A stretch of 64,000 nucleotides of DNA, from assembly GCA_964291295.2 (NCBI GenBank), contig OZ219754.1, forward strand, positions 3,168,001-3,232,000, given 5' to 3'. The notes below the pieces were generated by a model that did no database searches, was not told where the DNA came from, and saw nothing but the letters and a program-made list of their open reading frames with translations. This DNA comes from an uncultured Candidatus Binatia bacterium (GTDB lineage Bacteria > Desulfobacterota > Binatia > UBA9968 > JAJDTQ01). Made by a program: the position numbers and the translations under genes. Within the stretch, counting starts at the first letter, position 1. Every line of letters starts with the position of its first letter. Below, one piece after another: positions 20,938-31,519 of this stretch.

Positions 20938-23928
20938 TCAGCGCCGCCTGCGCTGTCGGAGCTTCGCGTTGCCTGATTCCATCCCGGGCTTTGTTCGCCG
21001 CTTGCGCCGCTCTCGTGTGTAGTTGCAATCCGGCCAGTTCGAGCAGCCGAGAAAGCGGCCGTACTTCCCCATGCGGGTCTCCAGCCAGCCGTCACAGACC
21101 GGGCAAGCCTCGATTGCCGCGCCGCAGTCGCGGCAATGGCAGGCCTCGTCGGACCTCACGGGAAGGCCGTTCCCGCAGTGCGGACAAGGGCGTGCGGTTT
21201 GCGCACAAAGCGGAAAGTTCGAGCAGCCGCAGAAGACACGGCCGGCGTGTTCCCTGCGCTCCAGCCGCCCGCCGGCGCATCGCGGACAGGATACGTCGCC
21301 TTCCGGCGGACGGCCGAACACCTCGACATCATAACCCCCGTCGATCAATTCGGTAACGAATTCGGACGGAGGGCCGCCGTCGGCAAGCAGGAAGACCTGC
21401 CGCCTCGCCCGAGTGATGGCGACGTAGAGCAGGCGCCGCTCCTCGGCATTCGGATGGGCTTCAGGCGCCGCCAGCACCAGATCGAGCAGCGGATCGTCGG
21501 CCCGGCCGGCGGGGAATCCGTACTTTCCCGAACACAGGCCCAGGACCACCACATAGTCGGCCTCAAGGCCCTTCGAGCGGTGCACGGTCATCCAGGTAAA
21601 GCGAAGGTCCGGATACTGCTTCGGAAGCACGCCCAGATTGCGGGGGCGCAGATGCCGGTAGCGGCCCAGCAGCAGCACCTCCGACGTTCCGTGGTGTCGC
21701 CGGGCATCCTCGGCGATGCGGTCGAGGGCCTCCTTCAGAAGCGAACGATCCTGCCCGTCGGGAAGTCCCACATATACCGCGGGGCGGTCGGTCTTGCGCG
21801 TGGAGTGGACCGTCTTGCGGATTTGCGCCGGGTTGCGCAGCACGAACTCGGTGGCAACCGCCGTGATGCGGTCGGCGCAACGGAACGTGGTTGCGAGATC
21901 GAGCCGCTCGAATACACCGAAACGGTCCCCAAACTCCCGCATGACCGCAATGTCCGAGCCGCCAAACCGGTAGATCGCCTGCCAGTCGTCGCCCACCGCG
22001 AACAGTTGAGAACCCGGTGAGCTGTCGAGCAGCGCCTTCAGCAAACGCGCGCGTGATGGCGAGATGTCCTGGAACTCGTCGACCAGAATGTATCGGAACG
22101 GGCTGCGGCAACGTCCGGCCTCCAGAAGGTCGGTGGCCCGGTTGATCATGTCATGGAAGTCGATCTCCCCGGAGCGGGCAAGGGCGTCCTGGTAGCGCTC
22201 GAATATTGGCCGGAACACCGCAAGGAACGCGTGGGCACGCAGCTTGTCCCAATGATTGCCGGCGCGTTCGGCTATGTCGGCAAACGACAGCCGATTGCCC
22301 TTGAAGTGCTGCAGAAAGGTACTTGTCAGCTGTGTGAACGGGTCGATGCGGCCCTGTCGGTTGAGCGTGGCGAACACCTGCTCGCGGGGGATCGGCGAGA
22401 GGACCACACCGCGGGCCGCGAGCTTTTCCGTCAGGTTGCGGAGCAGCCTTCCCTCGGCCTGTTCGTAACTGAAGGTTTCGATCAGGACGGTGCCGTGGGC
22501 GGCATGGACGCCGCGCTTCCACTCCATCTCCTGCCGATACTGTTCCGTGTCGATGAAGGGCGCCGTCTTGCCGGCGGCGTTGATCCCGAAATGCTCGATA
22601 TAGATGCCATGTTCGGGCAAATGGAAGTCGGGCTTGTACTGGCGCTTCTCCGCTGTGGCGAGGTCATGTTCATAGGACGACTCGTACTCGTAGGGGACAC
22701 CGTTGAGATAGAGAAAATTCGCGATCTCGCACTCCTCGAAGCTGCGGACGGCGTCACCCTTGAGCGAGCGGATGTCGAACTTGCGGATGTAGTCATGGTA
22801 TTCGTCCCAGTTCTTGAACTCGTGCTCGCTCCGATACGGCGCAAACTTCTCCGAGAACCATTGCCACAGCGTGGCCGAGAGTTCGTGGTCCACGAGCAGT
22901 TTCGCCACGATATCCTTGAGCAGATCGAACAACCTTCGGTCGTCCTGTGCTGTCGCGGAGAGCGCCGGGCGCTTCCCCTCGGCCTGCCCGATGATCGCCA
23001 GGCCGAGGCTGTGAAAGGTGCGTACCGTCACATCCTGTGCGATGGCGGTGCCGAGACGCTTGTCCATCCGCACTTCCATCTCCTTGCGGGCGTCGCGCGC
23101 GAAGGCCAACAGCAACAGATCGGAGGGCCTGCGATACCCCTTCTGGATGAGCCACCCTGTCTTGGCCGCGATGACCGACGTCTTGCCGCTTCCCGCCGCG
23201 GCCACCACAAGGTTCCGGTGCTCGTCGGTGACCACCGCCCGGCGCTGCTCTTCCGTGAGCGGACGGGCCTCGATCTGGTCGAAGAACTCGCGCGAGCGGA
23301 CCAGCTCGTTGACGACGAACGCCTTGTTGGCATTCGTCCGGGCATCGCCCGGCGCTTCCAGAAACCCCAGGATGGCCCGCAGCATGCGGATCTCCGGAGC
23401 ATCGGCAAGCGCGGCCGGCCAGCGCACCGCAAACCCGTCGGCGGCCGTTCGGGCATCCGTCTCAAGGTCACCGAATGCATCGGCCGCAAGATACTTCGGC
23501 GGGTCGGCCAATGCCGCCAACCGTTCATGTACGGCGCCGAAGGTTTCACCTTTCGATGCAAGCGTCCGGCGCCACCATTCGCATCGCGCCGTCTCGAGTG
23601 CCGCGGCCAGCGTACCGGCGACCGTTCGGGTCAAGCCCGAAACATGCGTGTTGCCCGCGGCATGGCGGATCCGAACGCTGGAACGGAAGAGGCCTCTCGC
23701 CGCGTCGACCGTTTCCACATCGCCGAGCGATATGTCGATGCTACGCCAACCGAACCGCAGCCGGACCGCTTCGGCGGTCACCCGTGCCGCCTTGGCATGT
23801 CGTGGATGCAGGATCGCGAACAGCATGCGGGACAGTCCGATTCGTCGGGCCTCGCACAGAATGCCCGACGCCGAATTCCATCGATGCCGGGATCGCCCGG
23901 CGTGTGACGAATTGTCGAGGTTGCTCAT
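20938..23928 (-). CDS. helD: UvrD-family DNA helicase IV-like protein with inserted nuclease-like domain and C-terminal topoisomerase-type zinc ribbons
   Basis: 'AAAGSGKT', 'LVDEFQD', 'VGDDWQAIYRF', 'TVHRSKGLE', 'EERRLLYVAITRAR'; insert 'YKPDF...IYIEHFG'; 'FLGCSNWPDC'; start uncertain. Confidence 0.8.
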   Translation of the reverse strand: MSNLDNSSHAGRSRHRWNSASGILCEARRIGLSRMLFAILHPRHAKAARVTAEAVRLRFGWRSIDISLGDVETVDAARGLFRSSVRIRHAAGNTHVSGLTRTVAGTLAAALETARCEWWRRTLASKGETFGAVHERLAALADPPKYLAADAFGDLETDARTAADGFAVRWPAALADAPEIRMLRAILGFLEAPGDARTNANKAFVVNELVRSREFFDQIEARPLTEEQRRAVVTDEHRNLVVAAAGSGKTSVIAAKTGWLIQKGYRRPSDLLLLAFARDARKEMEVRMDKRLGTAIAQDVTVRTFHSLGLAIIGQAEGKRPALSATAQDDRRLFDLLKDIVAKLLVDHELSATLWQWFSEKFAPYRSEHEFKNWDEYHDYIRKFDIRSLKGDAVRSFEECEIANFLYLNGVPYEYESSYEHDLATAEKRQYKPDFHLPEHGIYIEHFGINAAGKTAPFIDTEQYRQEMEWKRGVHAAHGTVLIETFSYEQAEGRLLRNLTEKLAARGVVLSPIPREQVFATLNRQGRIDPFTQLTSTFLQHFKGNRLSFADIAERAGNHWDKLRAHAFLAVFRPIFERYQDALARSGEIDFHDMINRATDLLEAGRCRSPFRYILVDEFQDISPSRARLLKALLDSSPGSQLFAVGDDWQAIYRFGGSDIAVMREFGDRFGVFERLDLATTFRCADRITAVATEFVLRNPAQIRKTVHSTRKTDRPAVYVGLPDGQDRSLLKEALDRIAEDARRHHGTSEVLLLGRYRHLRPRNLGVLPKQYPDLRFTWMTVHRSKGLEADYVVVLGLCSGKYGFPAGRADDPLLDLVLAAPEAHPNAEERRLLYVAITRARRQVFLLADGGPPSEFVTELIDGGYDVEVFGRPPEGDVSCPRCAGGRLERREHAGRVFCGCSNFPLCAQTARPCPHCGNGLPVRSDEACHCRDCGAAIEACPVCDGWLETRMGKYGRFLGCSNWPDCNYTRERRKRRTKPGMESGNAKLRQRRRR

Positions 23929-24293
23929 CCTTGAGAAGCGCGTTCGATGGGGGGGCTGAAATGAATGGACTGCTTGTCCGTACCTTCGTTTGAAGTGGAT
24001 CGTGTCATCGAACCGCTCCTTCAAAGGGGTCACCCGGCGTGTGACGAAGCTCGTATACATCGGCGTGAGAATGCCGTCAGCGCAGCCTCGTGCGGCCAAG
24101 GACATCCCGCTGACAGCCCCCGGGGCGGCCGGGTCGTGTCCCGGCCACCCCGCACGATACGCCCCCCTACCCCGCCAGGTGTTGCCTGAACAATCCCATG
24201 ACAGGTGGCCGGCAAGTTTGACCTGTCGTTACAATATGGAATGGATCGCCGGCTCAACCGGAGGGCGGCGGAGCCGGCGCGGCCGGTGGCGCC

Positions 24294-25613
24294 TCATTCG
24301 GCCGGAGGCCCTTGCGGGGTGAGCTCCCGCACGGTCCGGTTCGCTGCCGCGGTGATTCCGACGATCGCCAGCATGGCCGCCCCGCCGAGGATCACGGCCG
24401 AAGGGGCGCCGGCCAGCCGGCCGAGAACCGCGGACAGGTGGTGGCGCGACAGGCCGGCGACGGCGCCCATCTGCAGTTGTCCCAGGGGCAGGACCACGCT
24501 GTAATTCATGCCCCAGATGGCCATGACCCGCCCGCGGTAATCATCGGGTACACGTGTCTGCACCGAAGTCTGAGTGCTTACCATGAAGACGGAAAGACCG
24601 ACGCCGGCAACGAGAAGAAAGCACAGCGCGAGCGGGAACCCGTTTGAAAACCCGAAAAGGGTCAGGAAGCACGCCTGTATGCCGGCCCCCAGGAGGATCA
24701 GCCCGCCACGCCTCGGATAGTGGCCGAGGTTGGCGGCCACCAGGGCACCGAACAGACTGCCGATACCGCTGATCATGTACAGGGAGCCCAAGGTCGAACC
24801 GTCGCCCTGGAACACCACGTCCGCAAACACCGGCAGGAGCGCGGTATGGGAGGCCAGAAAGAATATGTCCGCGTAGTTCATTGCGATCAGGGAGCGGAAG
24901 AGCTTCCGGGTCCAGACGAACGAAAGTCCACCCAGGATGGTACGAATGAAACTGCCGCCGCGCGTGCGCTCGATGACCGGCATCCGCACCGGAAGAAGCA
25001 GCAGACCGAACGCCAGATATGTCGCCGCCGCCACGTAGAAGGCGGCCCCGGCACCGGACAAGGGGGCGCCGGTGGAGCTTGCCACGTAGTCGATGATGAA
25101 ACCCGCCAAGGCGGGGCCGAAGATGCGCGTCCCCGGCCAGATCATGGAGTTCAGGCTCACGGCGTTCATCAGATGCGAACGCTCCAGCAGGTGCGGGAAG
25201 AGTGCCTGACGGGCCGGGTGGTCGAACGCCTGTATACCGCCGTGGATGAAGGCTACCGCGAACACGTGCCAGACCTGTACCCGTTCCGTGACCACCAGCG
25301 TCGCGATGGTGCACAGCAGCAGCGCGGTGACGAACTGGAGCAGCATGAGGAGGCGTCGAAGTTCGACCTTGTCCGCGGTGGCACCCCCAAAGAGCGCCAA
25401 CGCCACCGCCGGCGTGGCAGCCACCAACCCCAGCGCGCCCAGAATGTACTCGGAACGCGTCAACTCCCACGCGAGCCACCCCTGTGCCAGGATCACCATC
25501 TGGTGGCCCGCCACCGCGGTGAGATGGCCGCTCCAGTACATGCGGAAGTCACGGTACCGGAGTACACGGAAAACGTGCAGCTTGTGGCCGAGTGCGGCGA
25601 GGGGCTGTTTCAT
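24294..25613 (-). CDS. MFS transporter
   Basis: Multiple TM segments; 'GGATADKVELRR'; 'VPDDYRGRVM'. Confidence 0.9.
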   Translation of the reverse strand: MKQPLAALGHKLHVFRVLRYRDFRMYWSGHLTAVAGHQMVILAQGWLAWELTRSEYILGALGLVAATPAVALALFGGATADKVELRRLLMLLQFVTALLLCTIATLVVTERVQVWHVFAVAFIHGGIQAFDHPARQALFPHLLERSHLMNAVSLNSMIWPGTRIFGPALAGFIIDYVASSTGAPLSGAGAAFYVAAATYLAFGLLLLPVRMPVIERTRGGSFIRTILGGLSFVWTRKLFRSLIAMNYADIFFLASHTALLPVFADVVFQGDGSTLGSLYMISGIGSLFGALVAANLGHYPRRGGLILLGAGIQACFLTLFGFSNGFPLALCFLLVAGVGLSVFMVSTQTSVQTRVPDDYRGRVMAIWGMNYSVVLPLGQLQMGAVAGLSRHHLSAVLGRLAGAPSAVILGGAAMLAIVGITAAANRTVRELTPQGPPAE

Positions 25614-25634
25614 TGCGTGTGGAATGGAGCGGAC

Positions 25635-25671
25635 AAAAAGAAAGGCCCCGCACCTGCATGGGGGGCCTTTC
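25635..25671 (-). terminator. Intrinsic terminator after the substrate-binding protein gene
   Basis: Minus strand gaaaggcccc...ggggcctttc hairpin followed by TTTTT. Confidence 0.65.
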
Positions 25672-25695
25672 CCGCTATCGAACTTCCGGTCGAAG

Positions 25696-26565
25696 TTACA
25701 ACTTCACCAAGTCCGAGTAGCTGGCACCGGAATCGGGCCTGAGTCCGTAACCCGCCATCCACTTGCGCGCCCGGTTGAACTCCTCTTCGGTGTAGTCCTC
25801 CGGGTAGACGTAGTCCAGGCGGTGCAGGTTCAGATCCCCGGCCTTGAAATCGCCAATCAGGTCGCCGGGAATATCCCGCAGCAGAAGCGCCGCGTATTTC
25901 CCGAGGTCCGAGTTGATCTCGTCCACGGAACGCCGGAGCGCCCGGAAAATGGCCTCCCGCGTATCCTCGGCATCGTCGCTGTTGACGAAGAGGAGCCCCC
26001 AGTACCTCGATTCCGCCAGCACGCGACAGCCGCGTTTCTCGGCCAGACTCACGAACGGCTCCATCAGGGTGGCCGCCTCCACCGCGCCGTTCAACAGCAG
26101 GCGCGTGCGGATGGCCGGACCGCCGTCATGGCGCAACTGCACCCGCTCCTTGTTACAGTGGCCTTCCAGCATCTTGAGGGTCATGTAATGGGAGCCGGTC
26201 TGATCCTGGATGGAGATGAGAACGTCCGAGAGGTCGTCGAGGCGGTGATACGGCGAGTCGCCGCGCACGAGGATGGCCATGGTGGCCACGCTCTCGCGGC
26301 GCCCCAGGATCCAGCCGTCGCGCTCGCCGTCCGCCGCGCGCTTGATGACGCCCCACTCGCACTTGTTGTAGCCCTCCAAGTCGCCGCACTCGTAGTCCGA
26401 GGCAATGGGGCGCTCGAACACGTCCGCGGGCTGAAGCTGCGAGTCCGGCGTCACCACCTCCGCATCGATGCCCTCCGCCGCCATGAAGCCCTTCTCCACG
26501 CCCACGTCCCAAGGGAGCGTCCACACGGTTCCTTCGCTGGTGACTCTGATCTTGCGAGACATCAT
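25696..26565 (-). CDS. ABC-type (NMT1/THI5/SsuA-like) substrate-binding protein
   Basis: 'EKGFMAAEGIDAE', 'GSHYMTLKMLE', 'GAVEAATLMEP'; no evident signal peptide. Confidence 0.7.
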   Translation of the reverse strand: MMSRKIRVTSEGTVWTLPWDVGVEKGFMAAEGIDAEVVTPDSQLQPADVFERPIASDYECGDLEGYNKCEWGVIKRAADGERDGWILGRRESVATMAILVRGDSPYHRLDDLSDVLISIQDQTGSHYMTLKMLEGHCNKERVQLRHDGGPAIRTRLLLNGAVEAATLMEPFVSLAEKRGCRVLAESRYWGLLFVNSDDAEDTREAIFRALRRSVDEINSDLGKYAALLLRDIPGDLIGDFKAGDLNLHRLDYVYPEDYTEEEFNRARKWMAGYGLRPDSGASYSDLVKL

Positions 26566-26732
26566 GACGAGACCTCCTGAGGTGGTTGGTAACGCCGGCA
26601 GACTAGCATACCGGCCCGGATGATGGAACAATTCCACCTTGGGCGAACTCAGGGAATCAGGGAAAGCCTTTCGTTCTTCCGGGGGAACCCAATCCCTCTC
26701 CGACGTTGTAACCGGGTCAAGGAGACTTGTAC

Positions 26733-27761
26733 ATGCATGCCTGTGCCATCGACATTCACCACCACTACATGCCGCCGGGCCTGATCGAGGAGTTGAAGGC
26801 GCACGGCAAGGCCGTGGGCACCGTGGTGGGGCGAACCCCGGAAGGCCTCCACACCCTCACCATCGGCAGCGGGCCGGGCTTCGTGGTGCCGCCGCCGCTC
26901 ATGGACGTGGAAAAGCGGCTGGAGCACATGGACAAGGGCAGGATCGCCCTGGCGACCCTCGAGCCCCACACCGCCTGCCTCGGCTACCGCCTGAACCCGG
27001 AGCAGGGGGAAACGTGGTGCAACCTCTACAACGCGGGCCTCATGGAACTCCGGACGCGGCACCCGGACCGCTTTACCGCTCTTGCGGCGGTGCCGCTGCA
27101 GGACCCCGGGCGGGCCGCCCGGGTGTTGGAGCGCGGCATCCTCGAGCACAAGCTCGCCGGTGCCTACATCGGCACCAATGTGAACGGCGAATACTACCGG
27201 AACCGGGCATTCGACGCCTTCTGGGGCAAGGCGCAGGAACTGGACGCGCTCATCGTCATGCACCCCGAGGATATCGCCGGGCTGGAGCGCATGGGCACCT
27301 ACGGCCTGTTCCTGATCTGCGGCAACCCCGCGGATACCGCCCTCTCGCTGGGGTTCATGTCCTACAGCGGCGTGTTCGACCGCTTCCCCGACCTCAAGCT
27401 CTGCACACTCCACGGCGGCGGCTTCTTCCCCTACCACCTGGGACGCTTCGACCAGGGTTTCGGAGTGCGGCCGGGAGCCGCCGACGCCGAGGCCCGGTAC
27501 AGACCCAGCGCCTACCTGAAGAACCTCTACTCCGACGCGCTGGTGTACCGCGTGGACACGCTGGCGTACCTCAAGAACCTGCTGGGATGGGAGCATCTGA
27601 TGGTCGGCACCGACTACCCCTACCCCCTGGGCGACTGGAACGCGGTGGAAAAGGTGGAGGCGCTGGACTGCCCGGACGAGCAGAAGCTGGCAATCCTGGA
27701 AGGGAATGCCAGAAGGTTGTTGAAACTTCAGGGAGGGGATGCGTCAGGGACGGATGAGTAA
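26733..27761 (+). CDS. Amidohydrolase_2 family protein (ACMSD/decarboxylase-like)
   Basis: 'IDIHHH', 'VMHP', 'HGGGFFPY', 'GTDYPY'. Confidence 0.85.
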   Translation: MHACAIDIHHHYMPPGLIEELKAHGKAVGTVVGRTPEGLHTLTIGSGPGFVVPPPLMDVEKRLEHMDKGRIALATLEPHTACLGYRLNPEQGETWCNLYNAGLMELRTRHPDRFTALAAVPLQDPGRAARVLERGILEHKLAGAYIGTNVNGEYYRNRAFDAFWGKAQELDALIVMHPEDIAGLERMGTYGLFLICGNPADTALSLGFMSYSGVFDRFPDLKLCTLHGGGFFPYHLGRFDQGFGVRPGAADAEARYRPSAYLKNLYSDALVYRVDTLAYLKNLLGWEHLMVGTDYPYPLGDWNAVEKVEALDCPDEQKLAILEGNARRLLKLQGGDASGTDE

Positions 27762-27871
27762 AGCAGGTCTGTTGCAGAGGCCGATCCACGCCCGATGACG
27801 GGGCGGTGGGTCGCCGGACACGGGTCAGGATGACACGGAACGGAGGCCTCGTCGCATCGGACTGCATGTCG

Positions 27872-29332
27872 TCATTTTCGGCTCACCGCCTCGAAACGGC
27901 TCAACGCCGAGCGAAGGTTCTCAATGATCTCGGCCACGAGCACATCCGGCTCCGGCAGGTTGTCGAGATCGGCCATGGATGCATCCTTGAGCCAGAACAC
28001 ATCAAGGCTCGCCTTGTCGCGTTGAAGAAGCTCGTCACGCTCGTAGGCGCGCCATCGGCCGTCCGGCGTTTTGTCGCTCCAGGTTGCCTCCCGGACATAG
28101 CGGTTCTCCGGGTTGTAGCAGGCAACGAAATCCTCGAGGTGGGCATAGGTCAGCGGCTTCTGCTTGAGCGTGTGATGCACGTTGGTGCGGTAGTCGTAGT
28201 ACCAGACCTTCGATGTTTGCGGATCGGGGCTCGCCGGACGGTTGTCGAAGAAGATGACATTGGCCTTGACGCCTTGGGCGTAGAAGATGCCCGTCGGCAG
28301 CCGCAGGATGGTGTGCAGATCGGCGGTGTGCAGCAGCTTGCGCCGGATCGTTTCGCCGGCACCGCCCTCGAACAACACATTATCGGGCACCACGACGGCT
28401 GCGCGTCCGGTGGTCTTCAGCAGAGTCCGGATATGCTGGACGAAGTTCAACTGCTTGTTCGATGTTGTCGCCCAGAAATCCTGCCGGTTGTAGGTCAGAT
28501 CATCGGTCTCCTGCTCGCCTTGAGCGTTGGTGAAGCTCATCGAACTCTTCTTGCCGAAAGGCGGGTTGGCAAGAACATAGTCGTACGTCTCCGAAGGCGG
28601 GGAAACCAGCGCGTCAGCCGGCGAGACCGCCGTCTCGCCCGTCATCTCTCCAATTCCGTGCAGCAACATGTTCATCAGGCAGAGCCTGCGCGTGCCCGCC
28701 ACGATCTCGTTGCCGCGGAACGTCGCGTGTTTCAGAAATTCCTTCTGCTCCCTGTCGAGCGCCCGGTTCCGGGGACCGGTGAGGAAGTCGTGGGCAGCAA
28801 GGAAGAACCCGCCGGTTCCGCAGGCCGGATCAGCGATGGTCTTGCCCGGCTCCGGGCGCACGCACGCCACCATCGCTCGGATCAGGGCTCGTGGCGTGAA
28901 GTACTGGCCCGCGCCGGATCTGGTGTCTTCGGCGTTCCGCTCCAGCAGCCCCTCGTAGATGTCTCCCTTCACATCCGCCCCGAGCACCACCCAATCCGTG
29001 CCGTTCACCATGTCGATCAGGCGGAATAACTTGGCTGGATCGGCGATCTTGTTCTGGGCCTTGGAGAAGACTTGGCCCAACATGCCTCGTTGTTCGCCGA
29101 GCTTGCGGAGAAGCGCGACGTAATGCGCTTCGAGGTCCGCGCCACTACGAGTGGTCAGACTCGTCCAGTCATGGCCCTCGGGAATGCCGACATCGCGAGC
29201 GAGTTGCGCAAAAGGGCGAAGTCTCGTGGGACGCTCGAAATGATCCGTCGCAAGCAAGGGATGGAGCAAAGAGGGGCGAACACTGTCAGCGTGACCTCCG
29301 AGATCAACCTGCCAAGCGAGTGGCGGCGTCAA
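27872..29332 (-). pseudogene. hsdM: Type I R-M methyltransferase subunit, apparently 5'-truncated and orphan
   Basis: 'GAGQYFTPR', 'DPACGTGGF', 'ANPPF'; recognisable similarity begins only at about 29197 (RDVGIPEG); no hsdS/hsdR adjacent. Confidence 0.75.
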
Positions 29333-29508
29333 TGGGAAAGCCCCTCAAGCATCAAAAGTCAGGATGCCGTATTTGCGTTATTCGGACCTTCCCTTATGAT
29401 TGAAGGCGCACAGAGTGATGCCGAAACGGCGGCGTTGCCTTTTCGGGTCTTGTTGCCGGGAAACTCAGGTAACTGGAAGCACCCCCGACATGCTGATTCA
29501 GCGGTGCC

Positions 29509-30683
29509 ATGGAGCCGATGACACGCCCACTCTTCGCGTTGTACGTAATATGGCATCCCTTGTATTCGGGGGGCCGCGAGATCGCGGATCGGCTACGTAC
29601 GCACTTTGGCCGCGATCTCCACTCGGCCATCGACGATTGGCGCCGCGTCAGCGTCCTCGAACGCAGCGCACCCGCTCCGGGCGCACGCACGCCCTTGCCG
29701 ATCGACTGGGACGATGCGGAACTCACCGCTGTCGTCGTGCTGACGGAGGCGGCGCTTGTTGATGATCGGGACTGGGGCAGCTACGTGCGTGACACCGCGC
29801 AGGCTGCACAGGAGAGGGGGCTCCCTGCCGGATTCTTCCCGGTGACGATGGAGCGTCCGGGTCTCACATTGGGAGTCGAACAGCAAACGCTGCGTTGGGA
29901 CCACTGGGACGTCCCCGATGCAGACCGGATTCAACGCCTCATGTCGGACCTCACTCACGAGTTCTGCCGCATGCTGCGACATCGCATCGACATGCTCCGG
30001 AGTGTCGGCGGCGGGGAAGCCGCGTTCGGACGTTACCTGGAAAAATCCAGGTCTTCATCAGCCACTCGAAACATGACAAGGGCGGCCCGTCGGTGGGCCG
30101 CGGCATTCGCGACTGGATCCATGCGCACAGCCCGCTCGACAGCTTCTTCGACGTCCACGACATCCCGCCAGGTTTGTCTTTCGAACAGGTTCTGCTGCAC
30201 CAGCTCGACGCCGGGGCGGTCGTGGCGGTGCATACCGATTCGTACTCGTCGCGTGAGTGGTGTCGGCGCGAAGTCATTGAAGCGAAGCGACGTTTGGTGC
30301 CGATGGTCGTCGTCGATTGTGTGCGGGATGTCGACCCGCGTGGAATGGCCTACCTCGGCAATGTGCCGGTCGTTCGCATGGAGCCCGACCGGAGGGACCG
30401 GATGGCCATCGTTGCGGGCTGCCTACTGGACGAAGTCTTCCGCACATGGCTGTGGCTCTGTCGGGTGGGGCACCATCTGGCGGATTCGCCAGGGGTCCTG
30501 TTCACGGCACGGCCCCCCGAACTGATCGCCTTGGCGGCGCTGCCTCCTCATGACGAAGAATCGGTTCCGACAATCGTCTATCCTGAACCCGTTCTGAGCG
30601 CTGACGAAGAACGGCTGTTCCGGGAGATCACGCCGGGAGTCCGTGTGCAGACGTTGACGGACTGGCTGGAGAAACGCCCATGA
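29509..30683 (+). CDS. TIR-domain protein with uncharacterised N-terminal domain; frameshift at A-run 30041-30045
   Basis: 'VFISHSKHD', 'SFFDVHDIPPG', 'YSSREWCRREV' in 29895..30683; N-terminal half in 29509..30525; joins as RYLEK|IQVFISH with one added A. Confidence 0.8.
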
Positions 30684-31519
30684 CCACACACAACGCCGAG
30701 GGATCGACCGCCATCGGTGTCTATGTTTCGGAGAGCCCGGACTTGTGGACCCTGGGGCTTGGCGACGGGCATCTACGTGACGCGATGGCCGAAATCGCCC
30801 TCCAGGTGCTCGCGTCGGGAAGGAGCCTGGCCTACGGTGGAGACTTGCGGCAACACGGATTCACGGAACTTCTGGCCGAGTTGGTGGGGCGTTATCGGAA
30901 TCATCCCCGGCACCGCGAGACCATCGTCGTGACCGACTATCTGGCCTGGCCGGTGCATATCCGGATGACGTCGGACGAGATTGTTGCGTTCTGCGCCGAA
31001 CACGAGCCCGGCGCCCGTCTCGTCTTCCTTGCGCTTGACGGTGTGCGCCTCGCGCGAGAGCAACGGCTGAGGCTGTGCGCGCATGAGCCGGACGAAGGGG
31101 AATGGACGGTAGGACTGACGGCGATGCGAACGGCCATGCGCGGGGATATTCGAGCGCGGATCGTTCTCGGCGGCAGGGTCGAGGGCTACAGGGGAGCGAT
31201 GCCGGGCATCGCCGAAGAGGCCTGCCTTTCTCTGGAAGCAGGGCAGCCCCTGTTCCTCGCAGGCGGATTCGGCGGATGCACGCGCGACATCGCGGAAACG
31301 GTCGGTCTCGCCGCACGCTGGGCCGGTTCGCGTGATGGATGGGCCGGCCGGGAGCGCTTCCTCAAGTACTCGCCGGACGACCTGCACAACGGTCTCTCCC
31401 GCGACGAGAACGCCATCCTGGCCCGCACACCGCATATCCAGGAGGCGGTTACCCTCATCTCGCGGGGTCTGCGCCGCATTCTCGGTGACGGGAATCATGA
31501 TACACAAGGTATTCATTAG
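30680..31519 (+). CDS. SLOG-domain protein (SLOG cluster 2-like)
   Basis: 'LAYGGDLR', 'LTAMR', 'RIVLGG...YRGAMPGIAEEA', 'LFLAGGFGGCT'; ATGA overlap with upstream gene. Confidence 0.75.
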   Translation: MTTHNAEGSTAIGVYVSESPDLWTLGLGDGHLRDAMAEIALQVLASGRSLAYGGDLRQHGFTELLAELVGRYRNHPRHRETIVVTDYLAWPVHIRMTSDEIVAFCAEHEPGARLVFLALDGVRLAREQRLRLCAHEPDEGEWTVGLTAMRTAMRGDIRARIVLGGRVEGYRGAMPGIAEEACLSLEAGQPLFLAGGFGGCTRDIAETVGLAARWAGSRDGWAGRERFLKYSPDDLHNGLSRDENAILARTPHIQEAVTLISRGLRRILGDGNHDTQGIH

